A DNA stretch of 64,000 nt from Nostoc sp. DedSLP01 (GTDB taxonomy: Bacteria > Cyanobacteriota > Cyanobacteriia > Cyanobacteriales > Nostocaceae), in assembly GCA_034530875.2 (NCBI GenBank), contig JAVRCJ020000020.1, positions 91,162 to 155,161 of the forward strand, read 5' to 3'. The notes under the pieces were generated by a model that was given only the letters and a program-made list of their open reading frames with translations, searched no databases and was not told the DNA's origin. Each line of letters opens with the position of its first letter. Position 1 is the stretch's first letter. Shown here one piece after another: positions 9,323 through 19,100 of this stretch. Both the position numbers and the translations under genes were made by a program.

Positions 9323-9877
9323 ATGAGCAACTTAAAAAAATGGAAAACTCTGAAATCAAAAATGATTTTAGACCATTATTGGTGTCAGGTCAGACAAGAT
9401 GAAATAGAATTACCCACTGGCAAAATTATCGATGATTATTTTGTCAATATTAGACCTGATGTTGCAATGGTTTTACCTATAACCAGTAGTAGAGAAATTC
9501 TTTTTGTTCGGCAATACAGACACGCTGTAGGTGAATTTTTCTTAGAACTGCCAGCAGGAAACTTCGACCCTCAAAAAGAGAGTGCTGAAGTAGCAGCTAT
9601 GAGAGAGTTTATCGAAGAAACTGGTTATATTACCGAAGAATTAAAAAAAATCGGAACTTTATATGATAAGCCAAGCAAAGATACTAATCAAATACATTTA
9701 TTTTTAGCACAAGATGTCAAAAAAACAGGACACCAAAAACTTGATATTACAGAAGAAATTGAGATTGTATTAATTCCTGAAGAATCAATTCTAGAGAAAA
9801 TTACTCAAGGTGAAATTTCTGTCGCAGGTAGTGTAGCGGCTCTATTTTTAGGTTTAAAATCTCTAACTTACTATTGA
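9323..9877 (+). CDS. NUDIX hydrolase (ADP-ribose pyrophosphatase-like)
   Basis: VRQYRH...LELPAG...ESAEVAAMREFIEETGY Nudix box; ATG at 9323 preferred over the TTG at 9284. Confidence 0.9.
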   Translation: MSNLKKWKTLKSKMILDHYWCQVRQDEIELPTGKIIDDYFVNIRPDVAMVLPITSSREILFVRQYRHAVGEFFLELPAGNFDPQKESAEVAAMREFIEETGYITEELKKIGTLYDKPSKDTNQIHLFLAQDVKKTGHQKLDITEEIEIVLIPEESILEKITQGEISVAGSVAALFLGLKSLTYY

Positions 9878-9883
9878 AGAAGA

Positions 9884-10131
9884 ATTCAGAAGTCAGAATG
9901 GACTACGCCCCGCTACGCTAACAGGAGTCAGAATAAATCAGTGGGGGATTCAGACCCATCACTGATTTAAGACCACCAAATTTTCAATTTGCTGGGGGTT
10001 TTAAACCCGTTTCTTCAGACGCGACGCTCGAATACTCGCTAACGCTGCGCTATCGCGGACTCGCTAACGCTGCGCTATCCGCCACCCGGACTCCAATTCA
10101 TGCTGAATTCTGACTCCTGACTTCTGAATAC
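9884..10131. repeat. Composite repeat: inverted heptamer arms with nested small dispersed repeats
   Basis: Left arm ATTCAGAAGTCAG...GGAGTCAGAAT, right arm ATTCTGACTCCTGACTTCTGAAT. Inside are two copies of ACTCGCTAACGCTGCGCTATC and a GACTACGCCCCGCTACGCTAAC insert, both echoed at 20221-20307. Confidence 0.75.
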
Positions 10132-10146
10132 TGTTTTGATAATTTT

Positions 10147-10689
10147 TCAATTACTAATAACAATCTCTCCAACCATACCTGCTTCTGTATGTCCGGCAAT
10201 TGGACAACGTAAGCCATAAGTACCAGATTTTAGAGGCACAAATACCCATTCTGCTTCAGCATCAGGCTTTAGTTCTATTTCGTGAATTGCGCCTTTAATT
10301 TCTGCTTTGCCTGCTTCAACTTTTTGCGTCCAAATACCATCAGCAAAATCTTTAGCAGTAAAGTAGTGTTTGAGTTGGCTAGGATTAGTCAACCGTAGAT
10401 TGTAGCGTTTGCCAACTATAAATTCTAGATGATTTGGCTCAAATTTGAGTTCGTTAGCCGCATTACCCAAGCTAACTTTAATTTCTGTAGCTGGTTGCTT
10501 GAGCAAATCGCTAGATAAATTCGCCGCGCCTGCCGGAGTTGCAACCATCATACTGAGGCATATCGACAATGTTAATATTGCGTAATTTCGGCGTAGAAAT
10601 TGTAGCCAATTCAGAAAAGGTGAAACTAGAAGATTTGGGAAAATCACAGATGAAATTGTTAATTGGTATAAATGTTTGTAAATTTTCAT
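10147..10689 (-). CDS. Cupredoxin (plastocyanin/azurin-like) copper-binding protein
   Basis: LKFEPN, H(YFT) and CPIAGHTEAGM type-1 copper ligand loop; signal peptide. Exact start uncertain. Confidence 0.85.
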   Translation of the reverse strand: MKIYKHLYQLTISSVIFPNLLVSPFLNWLQFLRRNYAILTLSICLSMMVATPAGAANLSSDLLKQPATEIKVSLGNAANELKFEPNHLEFIVGKRYNLRLTNPSQLKHYFTAKDFADGIWTQKVEAGKAEIKGAIHEIELKPDAEAEWVFVPLKSGTYGLRCPIAGHTEAGMVGEIVISN

Positions 10690-10782
10690 AAATAGTTTTA
10701 AAAGATAATGCTAGTAAAAATACTACTTTATTTATATTATCCATGCATTAAATGCAATATATACTTTGAAAATTAAATTATT

Positions 10783-10810
10783 GTAGGGGCGTACAACTGT
10801 ACGCCCCTAC
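10783..10810. repeat. GTAG-type REP-like palindrome, copy 2
   Basis: GTAGGGGCGTACA-AC-TGTACGCCCCTAC. Confidence 0.85.
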
Positions 10811-10839
10811 CTGGGCTGTATATATCCTCAATATTTTTG

Positions 10840-13509
10840 TCAAAAATATGACACAACTGGCCCAGCAGTAGCGATGGCAATTCGATCTGGATGCAGTAAT
10901 TCACAAGCCGCCTGATTGACTTCGGCAAGGCTGACTCGCTCGATTTTGTCACTCAAGGAGTACAATTCTCTTTTATCGAGTCCGTATACTTGATTCATCA
11001 GAATTGTATCTATTAATTCCTCTGGGTTTGCCAGGGAAACATTATAGTTGCCAATCAGGGTGCGTTTAGCTGTTTCTACTTCTAGTGCGGTGACACCTTG
11101 TTGCTGAATTTCCTGTAGAATTTGGCGGGTACTGGCGATCGCTTTAATGTTATCTTCAGGACTAGTTTGCATTTCAATCAAAAACGTCCCAACATTTTTA
11201 CCTACTTGGAAGTAGCTATAAATTCCATAACTCAAACCTTGGCGATCGCGTACTTCTGTTCCCAGTCTACTAGATAGGGTATCGCCTCCCAAAATCTGAT
11301 TCAACACCAAAGCTGCATAAAACCGAGGATCGTAACGGTTAATACTTGGGTAACCCATACAAGTCACAGCTTGGGCTTTACCTGCTAAAACTCGGTTAAG
11401 AGTGACTATTTTTTCTGGCAATGACACTGGAGGATATTGTAATGTCGGTAGTTTACCGCTAACTTGCCAGTCAGCAAACTTTTCTTCAATGAGCGATCGT
11501 ACTGACTCTAACTCAAAATCTCCCACCAGTACTAATACTGTCGTGTCAGGACGATAATGTTTAGCTTTGAAATCAATTACATCCTGGCGCTTAATCCGCT
11601 GTAAACTCTCCTCTGTAGGAAAGGCGTATAAAGGATGTTTTTCCGGGTAAATTGACTCAACAAATATTCTTCTGGCTACTTGTGAAGGTTCGTCTAACTC
11701 TATTTGCAAATCGGTGAGAGTTTGTTGGCGATGCAATTCTAATTCTTTGGCTGAAAATGTACTATTTTTCAGAACATCTGCCAAAATTTCAATAAGTATC
11801 GGCAAATCTGGTGCTAAACTATCACCCTCAATTTGCACGCCTTCAGGGTAAGCTGCAAAGTCTAGACTAGCGCCTCGTTCTGCCAAGGTTTTGGCAATTG
11901 TTAAGGCATCCTTCGTTTTTGTGCCACTCAGCAAATTTTCTGCGACAAAAGCAGCCAGTCCAGCTTGTCCATCTGATTCAAATTGCGTCCCGGCTTGAAT
12001 GTAGCCGCTCACGGTAACCGTGGGAGTGCTACGATCGCGTAACAGCAATAACCGTAGTCCGTTAGGAAATTGAAATTCCTGTGGTAATGTTTGGGCAATC
12101 GAATCTGTTACCAAATCTACGCTTGGCAAGTACTTCACCACTTCAGTTACAAGCACAGGTGCGACAGCAGAGAAATTTTCTGTAGTTTGAGTTAAATCTG
12201 GTTTATGACCAACTTCTGTTGTCTGCTTTTGAGTTGGTTCAAAAAAGCCTACTGTACGTACTTCTTTTTTGAGGTATTTGTTAATTACAGCCACAACGTC
12301 TATTGGCTTTACCAAATGGACAGCTTCTAAGTAGCGGTCTATATACCGATAATCATCAGCAGTAGTTTCATCGTGACCCAATTGCATTGCTTGAGAAGTG
12401 ATATCGCGGTTACTCAAAATGACATCTGCTGTTAATTGAGTTTTCGCTCGTTCTACTTCCTCTAAACTTACGCCTTTTTTTGCTACATTGGCGATCGCAT
12501 TACTCACCACCGAATCAATTTTTTTCAAATCTTGTTTAAATCCAGCCGTCACTAAGACCTCATACCAGCCAAATTCCCGCAAGCTGGTAACAGATGCCGA
12601 AACTTCATTCGCTAAACCGGATTCCACCAAAGCCTGATAAAGCCGAGAATTCCGTCCTTCAGTCAAAATGTAATCCATCACATCGAGCGCTGGTACATCC
12701 GGGTGATTTACATCAGGTAACGGATAAACCGCTTGTAATAAGCGCCCTACTCCTGGTTCTCGCAATATTATCGGGTTCGGGAGTCGGTAGAGACTCGATT
12801 CATCGCGTCTATGAATAAAACTATTTTTACTCCTAACTCCTAACTCTTCACCACTAACTTTATTCGGTAATTTGCCAAATATTTCTTTAACTATTTCCAG
12901 AGTATTTGTAGTTTGAAAATCTCCAACAATTACTAAAACGGCATTATTAGGAGTGTAGAAATTGCAGTAATATTTTTTTACCTGCTCAACTTCAAATTTT
13001 TCCACATCAGGTTTGATGCCACCTACAGGCAATCCATAGGCATGATTGGGAAATACTGCTTGCATTACGGCGCGATTAAGGCGATACTCTGGGCTATTTT
13101 CGTAACCTTGTAGCTCAGAAATTACTACCCGCTTTTCACTTGCTAATTGCTCTGGTTCAATCTGCGAATTTAGCATTCTGTCTGCTTCCAGCACCAACAG
13201 CGCCTTCAGCTTGCTTCGTTCCACAGTCCCATAATATGCAGTTTGATCGTAGCTAGTAAAAGCATTAGAATCGCTACCCAAAGCACTAAACAAACGTCCA
13301 AATTGAATCGGACGATTTATTGTGCCTTTAAACATCATGTGTTCCAATTGGTGAGCAATACCATTGACTCCCGGTTCTTCGTTGCGCGAACCTACCTTGT
13401 ACCACACCTGCACCGTTACCACTGGCGCAGTATGCACTTCCTTTGTGAGGACTATTAAGCCATTTTCTAGTACTGTCTTGCGGACGTTTTCTGTCAGTGT
13501 TGAGGGCAT
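10840..13509 (-). CDS. M16 family zinc peptidase (pitrilysin-like, two fused halves)
   Basis: GIAHQLEHMMFKGT inverted HXXEH motif, SNAFTSYDQT, EVRDRQGLSY in the C-terminal half; ATG at 13509. Confidence 0.92.
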   Translation of the reverse strand: MPSTLTENVRKTVLENGLIVLTKEVHTAPVVTVQVWYKVGSRNEEPGVNGIAHQLEHMMFKGTINRPIQFGRLFSALGSDSNAFTSYDQTAYYGTVERSKLKALLVLEADRMLNSQIEPEQLASEKRVVISELQGYENSPEYRLNRAVMQAVFPNHAYGLPVGGIKPDVEKFEVEQVKKYYCNFYTPNNAVLVIVGDFQTTNTLEIVKEIFGKLPNKVSGEELGVRSKNSFIHRRDESSLYRLPNPIILREPGVGRLLQAVYPLPDVNHPDVPALDVMDYILTEGRNSRLYQALVESGLANEVSASVTSLREFGWYEVLVTAGFKQDLKKIDSVVSNAIANVAKKGVSLEEVERAKTQLTADVILSNRDITSQAMQLGHDETTADDYRYIDRYLEAVHLVKPIDVVAVINKYLKKEVRTVGFFEPTQKQTTEVGHKPDLTQTTENFSAVAPVLVTEVVKYLPSVDLVTDSIAQTLPQEFQFPNGLRLLLLRDRSTPTVTVSGYIQAGTQFESDGQAGLAAFVAENLLSGTKTKDALTIAKTLAERGASLDFAAYPEGVQIEGDSLAPDLPILIEILADVLKNSTFSAKELELHRQQTLTDLQIELDEPSQVARRIFVESIYPEKHPLYAFPTEESLQRIKRQDVIDFKAKHYRPDTTVLVLVGDFELESVRSLIEEKFADWQVSGKLPTLQYPPVSLPEKIVTLNRVLAGKAQAVTCMGYPSINRYDPRFYAALVLNQILGGDTLSSRLGTEVRDRQGLSYGIYSYFQVGKNVGTFLIEMQTSPEDNIKAIASTRQILQEIQQQGVTALEVETAKRTLIGNYNVSLANPEELIDTILMNQVYGLDKRELYSLSDKIERVSLAEVNQAACELLHPDRIAIATAGPVVSYF

Positions 13510-13739
13510 TATTATTTTGAGTAGCAAGCAGAACTTGTATTTTTTGATTTTTGTTTTAGATTTACAATTAAGTAGTTATTAATATTAAAAAGCCTTGTTA
13601 ATTCATCTGCCATACTTACTTTTTTAAATTGGTCTGATTTTGCAATATGGTCATAGTTAAATTTGGCAAATAAAGTGTGAGTTTAGCAACACTATAAAAA
13701 AAGAATATATTATCAACAAAGTTAATAATAAAACCTAAA

Positions 13740-14168
13740 TTATGATAGTTTTGCTAAAACGCGAATAAATTCTAGAGGTAAGCCATCAGCATCGGCGATA
13801 AAAGCGACTTCGTAAATGCGATCGCCTATTTGCTGTTGTGTCGGTTCTAATAATACCTTTAACGGTTGTAATGCTTCTGCTTCTGATACACGTTTTTGTA
13901 AACTTGTCAACCAGCTAGGTAAATCTGGTGTCATCTCAGTTAGATCGAACGAGAGATGATAGTACCCTACATAATGTTCGTCGGCAAAGGCATCTGGGGC
14001 TGGTTTTGGTTCGGGAATTTGGATTAGTTCAATTCTGCTGTCCAATCCTTCCATCCAGCAAGCTAAAGTGTAGCCTGTAGTAAAGCGTTCTGAAATTGTA
14101 AATCCTAAACATTCGTAGAAAGCGATCGCCTGATGAATATTCGCCGTCCGAATGGAAGTATGGTGCAT
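13740..14168 (-). CDS. VOC (glyoxalase/bleomycin resistance) family protein
   Basis: MHHTSIRT...FYECLGF, YYHLSF and FIADADGLPLEF metal-binding pattern. Confidence 0.88.
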   Translation of the reverse strand: MHHTSIRTANIHQAIAFYECLGFTISERFTTGYTLACWMEGLDSRIELIQIPEPKPAPDAFADEHYVGYYHLSFDLTEMTPDLPSWLTSLQKRVSEAEALQPLKVLLEPTQQQIGDRIYEVAFIADADGLPLEFIRVLAKLS

Positions 14169-14169
14169 A

Positions 14170-14342
14170 AGAAAAGTTAGGAGTTATAAGTTGCGAGTTA
14201 GGAGTTATGAGCTTTAAGTTATGAATTGAATTTAACTCATAACTCTTGTACAGACGCGTAGACACTCGAAGAGCGGCTTCTCGTAAGAGTATAATCGCCT
14301 CTGTACTCCTAACTTCTAACTTTTAACTCATAACTCCTAACT
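14170..14342. repeat. Inverted STRR heptamer tract (GAGTTAG/CTAACTC type) with a nested palindrome
   Basis: Tandem GAGTTA(G/T) units followed by complementary (C/A)TAACTC units; an interrupted palindrome sits at 14248-14306. Confidence 0.75.
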
Positions 14343-14855
14343 TTACTCAAATAACCGGAAGTAAGGGTAGCGCACAGGGACGCCAGGTTCTTTTTCCAAG
14401 TCAAAATTAATCACTTCCCAGCAGGGATCTTCTGGGGGATCGGGACTAAACTCTACGGGTAAACCGTACAATCGCGCAGCTGACGGTTCCGGCTGTCCGG
14501 AACGCCAAGGTGTGCTGCGTTCTAAGTAGCCACTCATCAATTCCTGATAGCGTCGAGCAATAATCACTCGTGTTGCTCGGTAGCCTTGGGTATACAGCTT
14601 GTCTAAAGCTTCATGGATTTCAAACCGAATACCATCAGGATGAGTATGCTGCCGATACCATTCATTATTCCACCTCCGCCAATGACGCCCTGACTGTAAA
14701 TGGATCAACTCTCCATTTTTGGGGTTAGCTTCAAAAGCGCCATGACGCGGACATAAATAGGTATCTGTTAGTGTCAACGCCGGAATGGTCTGGCGACAGT
14801 GGGGACACTGTATTTCAGGGCCAAATATTGGGTACTGCAAGCCTGGATTCATCAT
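14343..14855 (-). CDS. TIGR02652 (DUF2396) family conserved cyanobacterial protein
   Basis: YPIFGPEIQCPHCRQTIPALTLTDTYLCPRHGAFEA zinc-finger-like N-terminus; ATG at 14855 preferred. Confidence 0.85.
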   Translation of the reverse strand: MMNPGLQYPIFGPEIQCPHCRQTIPALTLTDTYLCPRHGAFEANPKNGELIHLQSGRHWRRWNNEWYRQHTHPDGIRFEIHEALDKLYTQGYRATRVIIARRYQELMSGYLERSTPWRSGQPEPSAARLYGLPVEFSPDPPEDPCWEVINFDLEKEPGVPVRYPYFRLFE

Positions 14856-15157
14856 GAAGTGCGTACAAACATAAATTTTGTCTTCACCTGCACTAGGCAC
14901 TAGTAGGTTGAGTTATACACTTCGGCTCCGCCACTTTGGGATATTCACTCAATGCTCGCTCAACAAATAAGTTCTGAATCGTTAGTTTTAAGTTTTTCAT
15001 GAAGAATCCTTGTTAAACTCAACACTCCTCAGTACTTTGTTAAGCAACTCATCACTCCTAAATCTAGAGGCATGACGCTGTGATATCCTGGTTGTGCAAC
15101 CAGCCTCAAAGGTTGGAGTTTCTCCAGTGTTCCTGGGTACCATATTAATATTCTATC

Positions 15158-15685
15158 GTGTCTACCGCTTCTTACTGGACATCTGTTGATTTTTCTCAAG
15201 CCGCCTTCATTGCACCTAATGCTGTTGTTATTGGTTCGGTAAATATAGCAGCAAGAGCGAGCATTTGGTATGGAGCAGTCATTAGAGGAGATGTTGAACG
15301 CATTGAAATTGGCGAATGCACGAATATTCAGGATGGAGCAATTTTACATTGCGATCCTGGTTTTCCCACAATCCTAGAAGATCATGTTACCGTAGGCCAT
15401 CGCGCTGTGGTACATTCTGCTTATATTGAGCGTGGAAGTTTGATAGGCATTGGCGCAGTAATTTTAGACAGTGTACGAGTAGGTGCTGGTAGCATTATTG
15501 GCGCTGGCGCAGTGGTAACTAAAAATATACCGCCCTTATCCCTAGTTGTAGGCGTTCCTGGCAAAATACAGCGCCAAGTAACAGAACTTCAAGCCGCAGA
15601 ACTCATCGAACACGCTAAACGTTACGAAAAGTTAGCTTTAGTTCATGCAGGTAAAGGTACTGATATCGGGTTTAGAAAGGGTTAG
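15158..15685 (+). CDS. Gamma carbonic anhydrase family protein
   Basis: Hexapeptide repeats, RGD, NIQDG, and His ligands in LHCD and TVGHRAVVHS. Confidence 0.92.
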   Translation: MSTASYWTSVDFSQAAFIAPNAVVIGSVNIAARASIWYGAVIRGDVERIEIGECTNIQDGAILHCDPGFPTILEDHVTVGHRAVVHSAYIERGSLIGIGAVILDSVRVGAGSIIGAGAVVTKNIPPLSLVVGVPGKIQRQVTELQAAELIEHAKRYEKLALVHAGKGTDIGFRKG

Positions 15686-15882
15686 CGGATAGGGCATGGG
15701 AGCAGAGGAGCAGAGGAGCAGAGGAGAAAATAATGCCCAATACCCCATGCCCAATGCCCCATGCCCAAATAATTTAATTATTCTTTACATATCAGTTGGG
15801 AAAAATAGCCCACTTCAGCTAAAAATAAAAATGAGAGAAGTTGACAAAACTTTAATTTCTACTTAATAGAGGGGTTCTAGAT

Positions 15883-16008
15883 ATGGATATCGATTTTCGT
15901 TTAGCGATCGTTTTAGCACCAATTGCTATTGCTGCTGGCTGGGCAGCGTTTAATATTGGTGCTGCGGCTTTAAGACAAATTCAAGGCTTTTTGAATAGAG
16001 AAGCCTAA
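15883..16008 (+). CDS. psbY: Photosystem II protein Y (41 aa; not in ORF track)
   Basis: Hand translation [50 protein letters not shown] upstream. Confidence 0.93.
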   Translation: MDIDFRLAIVLAPIAIAAGWAAFNIGAAALRQIQGFLNREA

Positions 16009-16033
16009 ATTAGGCTTAATATAATTCCTTTTC

Positions 16034-16070
16034 AACCGACTGTCTTTCTTTAGTAGCACAGTCGGTTTTA
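16034..16070 (+). terminator. Probable intrinsic terminator of psbY
   Basis: AACCGACTGT...ACAGTCGGTTTT hairpin directly after the stop codon. Confidence 0.6.
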
Positions 16071-16077
16071 CACATGC

Positions 16078-16252
16078 TTGGGCATAGGGCATAGGGCATT
16101 GGGCAAGCAGGAAGTGTGGGAGGGGTGGGAGAATGGGGAAGAAATCTTTCCCCCCACACTCCCCACACTCCCTCATCTTCCCCTACCTCCTTGCCCTCCT
16201 CTTGTGCCAGTCCCCAATCCCCCAGTCCCCACTCCCCAGTCCCCACTCCCCC
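16078..16252. repeat. STRR heptamer tract (GGGCATN / CCCCANT types) with inverted purine/pyrimidine arms
   Basis: GGGCATA GGGCATA GGGCATT ... CCCCAAT CCCCAGT CCCCACT CCCCAGT CCCCACT; a similar tract is at 15690-15770. Confidence 0.85.
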
Positions 16253-16257
16253 TGCTT

Positions 16258-17571
16258 GTGGATATCGATTCTGTAATCCAACCTCTTCAACGCTTTGGCA
16301 TTCATCTCGGACTCGATCGCATTCTCAATCTCTTAGCCAATCTTGACAATCCCCATCATCAAGTTCCGGTAATTCACGTTGCTGGCAGTAATGGTAAAGG
16401 TTCGGTATGCGCTTATCTCTCGTCAGTACTCACTGAGGCTGGTTATCGTACAGGACGCTACACTTCCCCGCATTTAGTTGATTGGACTGAACGTATTTGT
16501 CTCAACGAACAGCCAATTTCTTCTGAAGAATTAAACCAATTATTTCAACAAGTACAAGCGGTGATTCTTCCTAATGAGCCATCACCAACTCAATTTGAAG
16601 TAATTACCGCAGCAGCGTGGTTATATTTTGCACAAGCTAAAGTCGATGTCGCAGTAGTAGAAGTCGGACTAGGCGGGCGTTTAGATGCAACCAATGTCTG
16701 CTTAAAACCTTTAGTTACTATTATCACTTCCATCAGCCGCGAACACTGGCAACAGCTTGGCCCCACCATCGCTGACATTGCCAGAGAAAAAGCTGGTATT
16801 CTCAAGCCAGGGTGTCCTGTTGTAGTCGGGCAATTGCCAGCAGATGCAGAAAATGTAGTGCGATCGCGTGCTTTAGAATTACATTGTCCGATTTTGACAC
16901 CTCAACCCGCCCGCCAAGTCGGTACAGGATGGGCAGAGTATGCAAGAGTGGGAGGTGGGGGGATGGAAAAATCACCTCAGAACTCTATTAAATATCCTTT
17001 GCCGTTAGCAGGAGAAATTCAATTAAATAATTCAGCTTTGGCTTTAGCTGCTATAGAAATTCTCCAACAAAAAGGTTGGCAAATTTCTGAGGCAGCCATC
17101 ATTAACGGTATGAGGAAAACTAAATGGCCGGGGCGGATGCAATGGACTACTTGGAACCATCATAAATTATTACTTGATGGCGCTCATAATCCAGCCGCTG
17201 CCCAAGTTTTGCGTCAGTATGTCGATAGCTTAGACCCAGCAAAACATCAACCCGTAAATTGGATAATGGGAATGTTTGCTGATAAAGATTGTGCTGATAT
17301 TTTTGCTGCTTTATTGCGGCCGGGCGATCGCCTCTATTTAGTACCAATTCCAGTAGAACCTTGGCCTGGTAGAACTTCTGCTAATTTATACGAACTATCT
17401 AATTTAGCTTATAGCCTCTGTCCAGAATTAAGCGATCGCCAAATACATCCAGATTTATTTACAGCACTAGAAACCGCAACCTCAACCGCTACCAAAGACG
17501 ATTTAATCGTTTTGTGTGGTTCGCTTTATTTAGTAGGAGATTTTTTGGCAACCACTAAATATAATTCGTAA
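16258..17571 (+). CDS. folC: Bifunctional folylpolyglutamate synthase/dihydrofolate synthase
   Basis: IHVAGSNGKGS P-loop, YTSPHL, EVGLGGRLDATN, WPGR, LDGAHN, CGSLYLVG. True start is likely the GTG at 16258; the track's extension is translated STRR. Confidence 0.93.
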   Translation: MDIDSVIQPLQRFGIHLGLDRILNLLANLDNPHHQVPVIHVAGSNGKGSVCAYLSSVLTEAGYRTGRYTSPHLVDWTERICLNEQPISSEELNQLFQQVQAVILPNEPSPTQFEVITAAAWLYFAQAKVDVAVVEVGLGGRLDATNVCLKPLVTIITSISREHWQQLGPTIADIAREKAGILKPGCPVVVGQLPADAENVVRSRALELHCPILTPQPARQVGTGWAEYARVGGGGMEKSPQNSIKYPLPLAGEIQLNNSALALAAIEILQQKGWQISEAAIINGMRKTKWPGRMQWTTWNHHKLLLDGAHNPAAAQVLRQYVDSLDPAKHQPVNWIMGMFADKDCADIFAALLRPGDRLYLVPIPVEPWPGRTSANLYELSNLAYSLCPELSDRQIHPDLFTALETATSTATKDDLIVLCGSLYLVGDFLATTKYNS

Positions 17572-17600
17572 ATCATAATTACGAATTACGAATTACGAAT
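17563..17600. repeat. AATTACG heptamer repeat/hairpin between convergent genes
   Basis: AATTCGTAA...AATTACG x3. Confidence 0.7.
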
Positions 17601-18899
17601 TTACCTTTGATTCCACTCCTGCGCTGCATCTTCTACAGCCTTATCTACTGTTTTTTCGCCTAACATCGCTGCTTGCAAGTTCTCATAAATTGCTTTTTGC
17701 AGTTTATTAGAATCCTTCAAAGTTGGAGTTAATATTTCTGCTTGTTGCAGTTGTTGGGCAGTAATAACTCGCGCCTTTTCTACTGTTGAGGCATTAGCTG
17801 GAACATCTTTAAAGTAACTGTCAGACAATGCTTTGACTGTAGAAGGTAAAACATTTGCGGCTTTAGCAAAAGCCAACTGATTTTCGTCATTTGTCACAAA
17901 TAAAGCAAACTTCACGGCGGCGTCTGGTTGTTTGCTATCGCGGGGAATAACTATATTCATCACGGCGACATTTTTCTTGCCTGTATCGCCAGTGAGTTGC
18001 GGTGCGATTCCCGAAGCTTGGGCAATTTTCGGCGCATTATTAGCGATCGATTTGAGAAACTCTGGTCCAGAAGCTAGAAACACCGTTTCTCCAGATTGGT
18101 ATAAATCGATCGCGTGGCGATGCCCTTGAGTCAAAGCTTCTTTAGGCAGCAATCCTTTTTTATACAAATCTACCCAATATTGAAACGCGGCTTTGCCCTG
18201 TGGCGAATTAAACGCCGCTTTTCCTTGGTCATCTATTAAAGTAACTCCCATTTGCACAAAAGATTCCAACACTTCCCCCGAATCTTGCGGTACAAAGGTC
18301 ACAAAAAAAGCATATTTCCCAGTCTTATCTTTAATTTGTTGCGCTTCTTGTGCTAATTCTGCGTAGGTCGCAGGTGGTTTATTGATACCTGCCTGTTTTA
18401 ATAAATCAGTGTTATAAATGGTTAACCGTGTGGTGAGATACCAAGGAATTCCAAAACTCTTACCATTGAGCGTGCTTGCTTTCCAAATATTCGGTAGATA
18501 GGAGGAACGTACATCATTTGGAACTTTTGTATCCAAATCTAACCAAGCATTTCGTCCTGCAAGTTGGGAAGCAAAACCCGGATTGAGGTTAACAACATCA
18601 GGTGGTGTTTTTCCGGAGACAGCTGTTAATATCTTGTTCTCCATGGCTGCCCAAGGCACATCAACCCAGTTTACCTTTATACCTTGATTTTGCGATTCAA
18701 AATTTGCAATTAGGCTTTTGAAGTAGTCATTAAATTGAGGTTGGAGTTGCATTGTCCAAAACTCAATTGTTGCCGCTTTTGAAGTAGCTTGCTTCGTATC
18801 TGTCCCGACATTTCCTGTGCTGCAACTTACAATCCAGCTAGTTAATAGTCCAAGCAGTGCTAAAGCAGTAAGTTGTTTAAATTTTCGTAATTGAATCAT
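17601..18899 (-). CDS. Sugar ABC transporter substrate-binding lipoprotein
   Basis: Lipobox IVSC; PPDVV, GKSFGIPWY, IYNTDLL, PPATYAEL of SBP family 1. No permease adjacent. Confidence 0.88.
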   Translation of the reverse strand: MIQLRKFKQLTALALLGLLTSWIVSCSTGNVGTDTKQATSKAATIEFWTMQLQPQFNDYFKSLIANFESQNQGIKVNWVDVPWAAMENKILTAVSGKTPPDVVNLNPGFASQLAGRNAWLDLDTKVPNDVRSSYLPNIWKASTLNGKSFGIPWYLTTRLTIYNTDLLKQAGINKPPATYAELAQEAQQIKDKTGKYAFFVTFVPQDSGEVLESFVQMGVTLIDDQGKAAFNSPQGKAAFQYWVDLYKKGLLPKEALTQGHRHAIDLYQSGETVFLASGPEFLKSIANNAPKIAQASGIAPQLTGDTGKKNVAVMNIVIPRDSKQPDAAVKFALFVTNDENQLAFAKAANVLPSTVKALSDSYFKDVPANASTVEKARVITAQQLQQAEILTPTLKDSNKLQKAIYENLQAAMLGEKTVDKAVEDAAQEWNQR

Positions 18900-19100
18900 T
18901 TTCCCAGTATTTTTACGCTTGATCGTGCTGAAAATCTTATGCAGAATTGACGAGATTATAGGCTAAATCAATTACCAGTAGTAGAGATAACTAGGGACTA
19001 GGGAATAGGGAATAGGGAATAGATAAAAATCCCCGATGCCCAATGCCCGATGCCCAGTACCCAATACCCAATTCAATTTAACAGTCCAGCGGGCACAACT

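Noticed and set aside
16078..16257. Proline-rich N-terminal extension of FolC and overlapping ORFs 15970-16346
   Set aside because: These are translated STRR heptamers; FolC-like sequence starts at the GTG at 16258.
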